A DNA stretch of 64,000 nucleotides, from positions 20,770,001-20,834,000 of the forward strand of contig OZ260667.1 in the NCBI GenBank assembly GCA_965285935.1, read 5' to 3'. The first letter of the stretch is position 1; each line of letters begins with the position of its first letter. The DNA is from Ophelia neglecta (lineage: Eukaryota). Of the stretch, positions 11,690 through 22,800 are shown piece by piece. The notes under the pieces are model-generated. The model searched no databases. It was not told the origin of the DNA and saw only the letters and a list, made by a program, of their open reading frames with translations. The position numbers were made by a program, and so were the translations under genes.

Positions 11690-14600
11690 TTAAAAGCCAT
11701 ATCCACCGTGTTTTTTGATAAGATGGTCATAGCACTCCTGGGAAGTTTTAAAGAACTCCATGCACACCCAGCAAATACTCTGATTGCAGGAACCACATGT
11801 GATACGATTACAACCGTCTATCTTCTCGATCCCGATCTTACACGAGGGACATTTCTTCCTTCTTTTCGGCTCTTCATTGATCCATTCATTTAACTTGAAT
11901 GTGTCTGCGGCCGCTTGTTCACATGTGAGGAATTTATGATAGCTATTCAGACACTTTGGACATAGTTTCTTGTTGCAGAAGCAACAGGCTAGGCAGTCGA
12001 CGAGCTGGGTCTGATGTCGACGACATACTCCTGGACAGTTTAGACGAGAACAGAATCGATATGTATCAGGGTTGCGCCCAACAAAATCTCGTACCAATGC
12101 ACTCAAAATTCTTTTGAAACTGACTAGCCGAAGTCTAGTGACAATGTTAAGTATGTCGAAAGCACACATCGGCTGATTGTCATGCGCACACAGAACCGGA
12201 AATGATGTATTATTGACAGCTTCTTCGATCTGCATTTTCAAACATTCTAAACAATAAACATGTCCACATCCTTCAAGTACATAGGAATCGTCATCGAGCG
12301 AGATATCTACAAAACATGATACGCATGTACAATCTGCCGGAGGGTTAGAAGGCTGGTAAATATCACAAGTTTGGTCTGGTTCTTTCATATGGGTATCGAT
12401 GAGTCCTTCAATTGCTTTACCTCGTGTCTTATATACTAAAGATGGTTGAAAATAAGTTTCATTTGGCCCTAGATATTGGCATTGAAGCTTCGTACCCATG
12501 GTTAATAAAAAGTCGTTAGGCAGACCGTCTCCTTTTGGATCAATCAAAAAGGCCGGTTGATCGTTCCCAGATAGCTTATTCTGCAGCTGTTCTACTGCAT
12601 TTGTTTTGTTCACCCTGTTTCCATAAATGAGCAGTTTGTTTGAGAGGGCACTGACCGTGATACAGGTATTGGTCTGGCGCTCGACGAGACGCCGAAATGC
12701 ATCTCCACTGCGAGACATCATTCGCTGTGCGTTCACACGAGAGACTTTTAGAATAACGGCAGCAACTGTTTCTTTGAGGCGAACCCGCATTTCTACACAT
12801 GCCTGCTGTGTATATCCGGTCACTTTTAGACCGACTCTGCCATTTTCCGATACTTTCAGCTCATACGCCGCTCGGTACTTATCAGATAAACGAAAATTCT
12901 CTAATCTAGCTATCACGGTGGATTGTATAACCAGATACAGACGTGGCTTGAAGTAAACAGTAAGCGACTTGAGTCTAGTATCGACCTCATTCTGGTTGTC
13001 TATCTGAACGGGTAGGCCACCGGATGCAAATTCCTTCAACATCTCAACGCCCCGATGCGCAGTGGTATGGTCAGCGAATGAGACATGCGCACGCACCAGT
13101 CCGCGTTTCTTGTCTTCCGGTCCTGCTATGACATTAACCGTGACCTTGTCCTCAGAAAGATCATCTAGAACACGACATATAGTTGCTCTGACCATGGCTT
13201 CGTCGCCATCAGTCACCCTGGGCTTGGAGTATCGGTCTGTGTGCACTCTCCACGTCAAAGTCAGGAAAAGATTGTCAGAAAAATGGCAAAGAGGATGTTC
13301 CAAAGTGTCGTTTGGTATGCTTTCTCTTATATAAAAAGGAAAGGATCGTTTCCGACTCTCTTCTAACAGCGTTCGCAAGGTATCTATTGATGTCGTCGAG
13401 ATGTACCCTAATATATCATCCTGGCTGTCGTCTGCAGCAGGGCCTGGTGTCCAAAGGGATTTAATACCTGTAAAGTTCTTCAGTATCGACAAGACGCCAG
13501 CCCACGTTATTTCAACTCCAGCGATGGCTTTTATTACTGCAGATTGAGATTCTCCTGGGAACAGAAACGTCTGGCATTGTATGCCAGAACTGACGCTGAT
13601 ACTAAGCTGGCTGAAGGTATCTGGATAAGGCAACTGAACGGTCTCCGAGGCCAAGGTCTGGCGAATGGCGGCAATCTCTGCCTCTAGGAGTGCTCTAATA
13701 TCAGCATGGTGAGATGCACGGCAGTACACCCGGAGACTGTCACTTATAGGATGCACCTCAACTACCAAACACGAGGCCTTCCCACATATTTGCAGAGCTT
13801 TGTTACTTAGACTGTCACTTTTCCGGGATCCCCAGCTCTTCACCAGTCTGCCGGTTGTAACATGACCTATATAATTTATCTCCATCCGTTGCAGAAATTC
13901 TTGTTCGGGTCGGTCGTTGCTCGCCTTGTCCATTGTGTCCAGCAGGACATCAGGCGCAAGTTGGAGAGGCACAACGAACAGTAGAGAAGCCTCCACTGAA
14001 ACTTTAGGATGAGAAAATACCTCATTCTTCTCATTTATAACATTCGGCTCGGTGGTTTCGAGTAGAGGAACTACGTACTGGGGACTCTTGGCATAGAATC
14101 GTAAGACAGACGTTTCAGTTGCTCTGACCAGTGTCCCAGTCGATAACTTTCGATAGCCAATAATGTCGTGGCCCATGTAAGCGCACATATTCTTCGCAAA
14201 ATTACGCAACAAAATATCTATCAATGAGTTTTTCATCGTTACTAAATTGGCACGGAAGTTCAGATCAGGTAGATTGCTGCTCCTCTCTTTGAGTAGGTTA
14301 TAACTCCTCTGTACTTCTTCCTCGATTGTTGCCAGCAGCTTTCCATCTAAGCTATTGTCGCAGAGCCACGCTGTTATGTCTCCATTCGTGGCACGAAGTT
14401 CGTTCACCCAGGCACGCATCGCGTTCAGAAGAACAAAAACGTCACCGTCGACATCGGCAAACTTAGCAATAGCGACAAAGTCGTGTTTGTCCTTTCGCCG
14501 GAGGACTGATCCTATGTTATGTGTACGAGCCGCATAAATTATCAGACCCTCGAGAAGAACATTTTGTCCAGCGCATTCCAGAAGGAAATTTGAGTCGTCA

Positions 14601-14806
14601 TCTTTCAAATCTTCACTATCCACAGGAATGGAAGCAGGGTGAGATTTATGACGTCCTCGTGATAATGTGTCCTGTCGCCGCCATTTGGAGCTGTCTTGTG
14701 ATTTCCGGTTCCAAAATTTAATTTCAGGACCACTTTCTATCATGTGAGACCTTTTAGGACGAGCTCCTTCCCCACTGCCGAAAGTTCCAGTTTTGATGCT
14801 AGCCAT
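11690..14806 (-). CDS. RBR (RING1-IBR-RING2) E3 ubiquitin ligase related to the C-terminal two thirds of DEAH11/DEAH12-type helicase-RBR proteins; HA2/OB-like, RRM/KH-like and RBR domains; single coding exon, ~1038 aa
   Basis: RING1 CVSC...CGHVYCLEC...FPVLC (~12325-12160); IBR FCSRLNC...CCFCNKKLCPKC...H...C; RING2 CPSCKIGIEKIDGCNRITCGSCNQSICWVC with the DEAH12-type tail ECYDHL...HGG. N-terminal part resembles HA2 (EGLIIYAA...GSVLRR, F...DGDVFVLLNAMRAW, WLCDNSL) and the OB-like NMCAYMGHDIIGY region. First ATG at 14806; minus-strand AATAAA at ~11386. Confidence 0.9.
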   Translation of the reverse strand: MASIKTGTFGSGEGARPKRSHMIESGPEIKFWNRKSQDSSKWRRQDTLSRGRHKSHPASIPVDSEDLKDDDSNFLLECAGQNVLLEGLIIYAARTHNIGSVLRRKDKHDFVAIAKFADVDGDVFVLLNAMRAWVNELRATNGDITAWLCDNSLDGKLLATIEEEVQRSYNLLKERSSNLPDLNFRANLVTMKNSLIDILLRNFAKNMCAYMGHDIIGYRKLSTGTLVRATETSVLRFYAKSPQYVVPLLETTEPNVINEKNEVFSHPKVSVEASLLFVVPLQLAPDVLLDTMDKASNDRPEQEFLQRMEINYIGHVTTGRLVKSWGSRKSDSLSNKALQICGKASCLVVEVHPISDSLRVYCRASHHADIRALLEAEIAAIRQTLASETVQLPYPDTFSQLSISVSSGIQCQTFLFPGESQSAVIKAIAGVEITWAGVLSILKNFTGIKSLWTPGPAADDSQDDILGYISTTSIDTLRTLLEESRKRSFPFYIRESIPNDTLEHPLCHFSDNLFLTLTWRVHTDRYSKPRVTDGDEAMVRATICRVLDDLSEDKVTVNVIAGPEDKKRGLVRAHVSFADHTTAHRGVEMLKEFASGGLPVQIDNQNEVDTRLKSLTVYFKPRLYLVIQSTVIARLENFRLSDKYRAAYELKVSENGRVGLKVTGYTQQACVEMRVRLKETVAAVILKVSRVNAQRMMSRSGDAFRRLVERQTNTCITVSALSNKLLIYGNRVNKTNAVEQLQNKLSGNDQPAFLIDPKGDGLPNDFLLTMGTKLQCQYLGPNETYFQPSLVYKTRGKAIEGLIDTHMKEPDQTCDIYQPSNPPADCTCVSCFVDISLDDDSYVLEGCGHVYCLECLKMQIEEAVNNTSFPVLCAHDNQPMCAFDILNIVTRLRLVSFKRILSALVRDFVGRNPDTYRFCSRLNCPGVCRRHQTQLVDCLACCFCNKKLCPKCLNSYHKFLTCEQAAADTFKLNEWINEEPKRRKKCPSCKIGIEKIDGCNRITCGSCNQSICWVCMEFFKTSQECYDHLIKKHGGYGF

Positions 14807-16606
14807 TTCTAATGGATATGTTCGCCTGGATGAAGTCTTTTGAAAGACAAGAGGTGACACCCATTAAATAAGAATATAATACCATTTGTTCTGAGGAAAG
14901 TAACCATTAAGAGATTTTACATGTCTCTCCTAAGATGGTATGGCAGAAGCACTTTCCATATACTTACTTGAATATATTTTTCTTATTCTCATTCTCATAT
15001 TACAAAGTTAGGCAATTGGTAAGACACTAAATTAAGTTCATTTATGTTTGATGGTTCTTTGATGGTGGCAATGAAATTTCTATAGCAATTATATCCCTTT
15101 TATCTTTTTTAAAGTATAATGTATAAAAGCGAATTGACAATCATTGGAATGAGTGAAGGAGCTGGGTTCACGTTGTTCAGGCGCTGTAAACAGTAATCAT
15201 GTAAAATGGCAGGTTTGAAAGTGTGCAGACTTGATCTGCATTCTAGCAAAAGGGAGAAATAAAAATGACCTCCAATAGTCTATTATTGGTTGATCTAGAA
15301 AGTTCCTCATATAGGCTAGTGATCAAACGAAAAGTTCTGTACTGCAAACTACTTCAAATAAGTCGTCAGACACTCACAACTGAACCGTATATCAGCGGTG
15401 TACAGTTACCCTGAGAGCGCTGATTGATTAAAGTAAATTGCCCTTCACTTTACACTTTGTTCTACCATTGAGTATTTTTCAACGGCTACCTTAGCGGAAT
15501 CTCAGTATCCCTGCCAAATTACAAAATACATGTATATACATTTCACTTCATGTACATACATGTAAATTATTAAAATTATCATTTACCTTTTTAATAGAGG
15601 CCAACTCCACTATATGAATTCAGTATTTCTTAACGTGCCACTGATGTCGGCTTTCCTTGGCCGCTGCAATTCTTTAAAATACATTTCACAAGAAATTGTT
15701 ATTTATATTGGTGATCCCGTCTAGCCAGATGGAGGCTGACGGTGCAATACACTGGTTTTTCGTAAGCTTGTGCAATGCCCATGGAGCCATTGCTGGGAAT
15801 TCCCCTTTGACGTCATACTATAGAAATCACAATTAAAGTAGCATATTGAAATATATACAGTCAGTCGTGGACCTATCAATCTCCTAATTCTCTCCAGAGT
15901 AGAGTAGTATTGCATATTGTACAGCTATGTAGTAGGCCCGTAAAAATGCATCGAAAAAGCAAAACGGGAAACTGAGACAGCAGTATAAATGAAAGAACGT
16001 GTGAGTGTCGACATGTGCAGACACTAGGCGTACAATGGTGGTATTAGCATAAAAATAAATTGTTTTTTATTTCTTTATCCTGTGTAACCCTGTCCGTTTC
16101 CAAACACACAAGTACAGTCGGAACAGACTTTAAGTAAATATATAAGCCTATCTATACTCAGTTATTAAGTTTACAATTTTAAAATGGTATATGAATAAAG
16201 TCATGCGTGGAGGAAAAACCTCATATTAGGCCCATAAAGTAATGCAAACATTGATAGTAAGTTTATGCAGTAAACCTATGGTTGTTCTTTTCGACATTTC
16301 GCGTATCGATCGGAATCACGCGCGAAACTAAACTCATTTCTATTGACTTAAGAATGAAATATATTATGATAAGAAAAGCTGTGGACTTAAAGTTTATCAG
16401 ATAAGTTACCTAGACCTGTGTATAGGCCTGTAACCTTTTTTCAGTACATGAACAGGCAATTTAGACTCAGGTGAACAAGCTAAAACTAAAATAAACCGAT
16501 CATATAAGATGGAACGTCTAGCTGCGGGAGATCATTGTCCTTATAGGTAATAGCTCCAAGAAGGAAATGATTAAAACTCCCTGCGACACAAACACATCAC
16601 GTAGCA

Positions 16607-16612
16607 TATAAA
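16607..16612 (+). promoter_or_regulatory. Candidate TATA box of the second claudin-like gene
   Basis: TATAAA ~225 nt upstream of the ATG at 16833. Confidence 0.3.
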
Positions 16613-16832
16613 GTCAATAAAGTCAGGTAGTATATGGCGATTGCTTTCTCGATGACACAGTCGGAGCGCTGCAGTCGACCAGACAAAGGTGCCATCTGTC
16701 GGCAGCCAATCGCATCACTGCTTGTAGTTCCAATACCTATTCGAATCCATACACAAGCGAAGAGGAGAATATCTTCGCTGTCTGTGTTATAATTCGCTCA
16801 GTTTCGCGACAATTCTCTGTTTCACGTTGGGA

Positions 16833-19800
16833 ATGGCTTCGTGTGTAGGATTAACCGCTCTTCTCTTTTTGCTTTTAGCATTCGTGGGTCTTGCTATCAG
16901 CTTTTTGGCACCTTTTTGGACTCATGATGAAAACTCTAAAGCCGACGAGGGGCTTTGGGGCCGTTGTCAGCCCGCCCTTGAAGGAACCAGTGAACTAGGG
17001 TTGGACCATTTGCAGGGCTGCACCTGGTTCTTCCAGAAAGATTTCGCTTGGGAAAATAGTCTCCCAGGTAAGTTATATTTATTCAATTGTGTCTCTTGGT
17101 AATTTGTCAACAGATATGCTATAAAAGACCGCAAGGTTATTAATTTTCGACAACAGGTAGCAGGTCCATTGGTTGTTATTGTCTAGGTAGGCGAAGCCAG
17201 TGCATTATGTAGCTCAGCATACGGTCGCACTGCCTGTAAGCTTGAAGGTAGTAAATATTTGAATGTCGGCCGATATGTACAGGTGGCTAAACACAGCCAT
17301 AGCTAGTTATGCCAAACCAGCCAAGCACATCAGAAAGGTAGCTTTTACAATCGATTTACCGCCTAGGTCTTTGATCAGGAAACTAGATCAACACCTGTAT
17401 TGCTGCATCGTTTTATCCCCCATTTCTATTGACAATAAGTACATACACCTAAACCTGAAGTTGAAGTTCATCTGTCGTAACATTCCACGGTAATTGTGTT
17501 TGTAACACACTAGTCTGGTGGATACCGAGCTATTTAAATAACTTCCTATTATATCGAAATTTAGCTGAAAGCTTTTGTCACTAAGCTTTGCACTTGGACG
17601 AACGGTTCATTTTGCCTGGACAAAAGCTGTCCATTGTTACGTATACAGAGACTGGTGACTCTCAAAAGAAAACTACAAAGTCGTGACTTTCCTTAGTCGT
17701 TATGTTAAATAATTAGTTGATAGTAGATCGCTCACTGTTGATATTGTGCAAAGTACTTTCTGTTTTATTATTTCCTCCTGACAATATTGTATTAATCTAC
17801 ATCAAAGGCCATGTCCATTGTCATTAATAATGGTGACTATTTGACTGCTCCAGTCCACTTCCCTCTTGAAATAATTCATTGAATAAAAGTTTGGAATAAT
17901 ATTGCATCATCGTGAACATGAGCAGATTGGGAGTCTTTATTGTGTCTAATATTTTATATTCATAATCACTATCATTCTGGAATATTTACAATTCTTAACA
18001 AATCATTTAGTTATTCATAAATATAATTTACTGAGTTCCGGTCATGAGGATTTATTGTACTACAACTTGCATAAAGATTGAACTAATGTCCAGTCGTTTG
18101 TAGTGAGGACAGGAATTCGGAAGCGCGTGGCAGCAGACCCGAACGGTGCTCATATATTCGGAATGTTAGCCACATCCAAATATGAATCAGACCAATATCC
18201 TGTATACTGTACTAGTTTTTAAGCTGCTTTGCATCCGGATATAGCAATTAGGTTTCATTCTGTTCATATATTAGCCTATCATTTTAAAATACTGATCACT
18301 TCCGCAGCATTAATATCGATGATCTTTGCCCTACTTCATGCACACAATCGCTCTGCAGATCGTGCTCAGTTATTGTAAACATGAATGTTGTACCAGCGGC
18401 TGTAGTCCAAAAGTGGAGCCAGTACCCTGCACCAACATTCTGTGTTCAGATCACAGTAACTGGGCGGATATTGCAACCAGTAAATAGGTGAAATAGTTGA
18501 GTAGCCTAATCATACGAATGTGCTGTCGTGCAAATCAGACTGTGATTAATTGATTTAGTGCTCCAGTTTTGACCCAGTATCTACATCTCTCACAGATGCT
18601 CCTATTAGTTGTGCAGCCCAATTATGTTCATGCTTTCACTGTCTCCTTATAGAAGAACACAGTTCATTATTTGATCCCTTGAAGTTGACCCACCTTACCT
18701 CCACCCGAGCTGCCTTCTTTGCTCCGTGAGGGACCTTGGTCACTCGTGGATATGTAGGTCGACTATAAGGGACTCTGTCAGATTCCGTTTTATTGCGACT
18801 CCTTATCGAATGTCATTTTTGACATAATCTGTTTCTATTACAACCTTGTATTGTTTACATAATTGTATAAATAATAACAGTTTTTAGAGGGTTATAAACA
18901 TTAAGCGCGCTGGTACTTGACTTATACCTTGCAAGCCCTTGACATTTTTTATTATTGTTCTTGACACAAGCCCTTGAGGTAATGTTTGCCCTGCTTGCGG
19001 CTGCTGGGATATTACTAGTAACACTATACAGTACTGCAGATGAAAGTGTCGACTGGTCAGGAAGCTAGTCTCGGAACAAATGGCAGATATTACTTTTCGC
19101 AAATTTGCTTTTTATTTATACATCATACTACAGACTTCAGTAGTTTAATTATGTATTATTGGTTTATGGTTTTCGGAGAGCAAGCATAGCTGGCGAGGTG
19201 CTTGTCTTAATTATTGAGATAAGGGCGACCACGGTTAAACAATATTATTGTGGTTTAACTTTCGGCTCATCGGTTGTCTATATGTTATTGTTCTAAGCGA
19301 TGTGCTTGATGATCCCGTCAATGTGCCCTTTCCCTTGCTTTGGTAGAATCTCTGAAATTGGCAGAAACAGTCCAATTGTCATATCCCTCGACAGGAGGCA
19401 CAAAACAGCTTCTAAACCGTAGAATGCAGATCAATACAATCGACCTGTCGTGTCCTGTTGAGTATAAACCTTGCCAGGCCCGTGCCCTTCCTTTCACGGT
19501 CTGAGCCAACCTATCTCCATGGCTCCCCGAGATCGATTAAACTCCGGTGTTGTTTTTGCGCGATTAACGTGTCATGCGAATTTGTATCGAACTCAAAGAA
19601 CGTCGCCGAATTGGTGGGTAGAAATAGCGATTGTTATATCGATCAACCACATCAGGTAGCGCCTACCCAGGTTAGCACGTTAGCACGTGTGACTGATGAG
19701 TAGTAAAATCATGTTCTGGTCGAACGAGTTGTAGGACTAAAACATATCTTTAATTAACTGGGGATGTAAGTTTTCATTCGAAAAATACATTTCGTTAATT

Positions 19801-22800
19801 ACATAATATTCTATTAAACGCTATCTACTCATGTCTGTATGCATTACATTTAAGTGTTTAATACTGCGTGATGTAATTAAGCCTTTGTTGCTTGTGGAAT
19901 CGAGGGCATATGCAAGTTGCCATGCATTATTCATTGGTATTGAAATAAAATAACCCTTTGTTCTATTTCTGTCTCTCTGCCAGATGATAGACAATATGGC
20001 TGCCCTAACCTTCATATACCTGAGCTTTAATTCCCATCGGTCTGTCTACTGATTGGTCTAAAAACGCACTGAACAGCAGACGGCCCGCATCAATTATTGC
20101 TGAAGTCTGCTACTAAAACTGCTCCAAGTATAAATGTTAGGGCAGGGAAATGTTCGCCGCCAGTCGGTGCGTGGCCGTTGACCGAGATGAATATGTTATA
20201 GGTCTAATCACGGGCTGTCATACCTGAGTGGCCTGGCTTGAACGCCGACATGGCCTTTTTATTTATGTGGCCATCTTGATTCGTTTGGTGCAAAAAGCCA
20301 GGTTGAAAGCTCGCCTGATAATGGGCCGTTTCACAGCGTGAATTACTGGTCGGAAATAATGATTTTTACCTTCCTTGGTAGATCTTTGCTGATCTCGCCT
20401 GCGTTCTCCTCATTAAGCTTTTGTAAACTTTTAAATGTGTCCGAAAACTATTGTAGCATTATGAATATAAAAGCTGTATACGTCGTTTGACATGGTCATA
20501 CCCATTGGAATTATATTCCCTCAACTTGTGCACAAAGATGACTCGCCTTCCCGTTCTGACTTAATTATTCATAGATTTATTCTTTATTTCTTCCGCAACT
20601 GAAGAGTGTTATACAAGATAAAATGGATATTGTAAATGTAGTTGTTAATAAAGTAAGACTGCATAGCAATATATTAATGAAAAATAATGTTTTTTCATTG
20701 CCCTCAAGTATTCCCATTGCACAAACGAGTGGGTGGAGTGTTTATTTCAACGCCAAATTTGTAAACGCATATAGAAAATGCAAATTAACTTCCTTAGTCT
20801 GTATTAAAGCCATGCGCTTGTCAAGTTTTTTGGTGCCACGTAGCAGATGTAACAACCATAATTTTGACCTATATACAATGTTTGCCAAAGCTTTAGTCAT
20901 GTTCGTTGAAGTATGCTGAATATCCTTAAAAGTTACAGCGTTAAGCATGCAGGTAAGCAGGTAAGGCCTTGGGTGCATGCTTCCTGTGCTGTCATGAAAC
21001 TGTCACTTAACAGAATAGGTACATATTATATATGCCTAATAAATTATGAAGTTTTGAAGTTTTCTTTCACAACTGATTTTTTCTGTACATTTATGATGGA
21101 GAAGTCAATCAATTTATGAATGAAACATGATTTCCTTGTCTTGCATGACACGGGCGGCCTTTTCATCTCAGAACGAGGCAATGCCCCCTATATGGACGTC
21201 GTCAATCTGTTTGCATTCAAGGCATGCCTGTGTTGTCATAACAACGGCTAAGAGAAAGACGCGCTCACGACACCTGATTGTGTCCTGGGGAGTATTGATT
21301 TTTTCCCCCACGGCCCTACATGCATTTCGGTTTACAAGAATCTGCCTGCTTGTGGTCAGCTGTTGATCAGGCGGGAACCGACTTCACTGAGGCGTCTGAC
21401 TCATCTGTCCAATCTGTCTGAAGGCGATTTCTATTCTTCAGGCCCAACAATCAGGTCAATAAGACCAGCTTTCCCTTTGACATGTAATTATGTGGTAGTT
21501 AGGCTTAATGTTAAGGCCTATAGAATTAAATGGCGCAGTTGCTCTTTTAAATAGCAAGTGCATCAGTCGACGCATAACAAATATGAGTCTTGTATAAAGA
21601 CAACATACCAGATTATGTGGCTTGGGCAATGGTATGAATATATATATATATATATATACAGCAAGCCAGCCTACATGAAATGTTTGAGAACGGATGTATT
21701 CTTTTTGGGCTAAAACTTCTGCACCCACACTCTCCGTTTGACAATATGGTGGCTTTCTTTCTTAATTTTAAAAACGATTTACTATAGCTACTAGCTAAGA
21801 TCATAGCGGAAGGCTATAATAGTATAGACATTGGTGGGTGGGTGAAATTTAATATTGGCAGAAAATTAGATCCATAGGTCTTATGTCATGTATGTCAGAA
21901 AACTCCACCAATAGCTGTTTAGACTACCATGAATGTAAAGTTTTATTACTAGCAGAGGTCTATTAGATATCTCTAGAGGTTAGCTGGTTTCATATGGACA
22001 TCTGGTACTAGAATATGCAGGTATGCTTACTGGGATGATTTTATACAACACCGGCAGTGACCCACTATAATGCCCTCTGTAACGCAATGTGTTTTCCATG
22101 GTCTCACAGCACAATGTATCTGGTTTAAGTCTATGTGGTTATTTTTTGAATTTTCAAAACAAAAGGAAAGCCCACTATCCGGTCAAGGGAGTTGGGCGTG
22201 GACCCTACCCCTCTGGTGTGTGTTGCGTGAACCCTACACCTCTGGGAGGTAACACCGCTACCCCAACATACTCTTAACACTCAGCATGCTCGGTGGAGCA
22301 ACCCGAGGATAGCGAAGAGGGCGACATCCTAGCTGCGCCTAATTACGACATTACCCACCTTGGGACTATAGTGCAGATGCCATTAAAGAACCATCAAACA
22401 CTTGTTGAAAGGACGTTTGTTTTTCGACTGTAAACAGAATACCATAGTCGTGCCTAAATAAACAAGGTTTCAGATATCAGACTGCGTGGTACTTTCATCC
22501 GTTTAATACCGGAAGAAACTAATTTGAAATGGAAGCCCTGTGACATCAATTAGACACTGTGCATTTGTTCCATTTTTGTGCACGTGTAAACAGACCCTTT
22601 ATTCGTCTACAGAAACCCCTAATTACAAATTTTCCGCAGGGAAAGCATTTGATCCGCTGTTGCTCATGTACGAGAAATTCCTCCTATTGAAGTTGATTGT
22701 GAAATGAAACATCCTGCTCACAAAGCAAATCACTTTACATGTCATAGATAAAAAACACTTAGAATGTAAAAATGGTTGTATCTCCTCCTTGTCACCTCAG

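Noticed and set aside
9277-14721. Several + strand ORFs overlapping the TRIM and RBR genes
   Set aside because: Antisense shadows of real coding sequence.
15440-15552. IRF/ISRE-like words (TTTCACTTC) upstream of the RBR gene
   Set aside because: Short AT-rich motif that also occurs elsewhere in the window (e.g. ~34998); not distinguishable from chance.
22250-22335. HDV-like ribozyme resemblance (GGAGCAAC...GCGAAGAGGG)
   Set aside because: Could not build P1/P1.1/P3 consistently by hand; more likely a repeat fragment.
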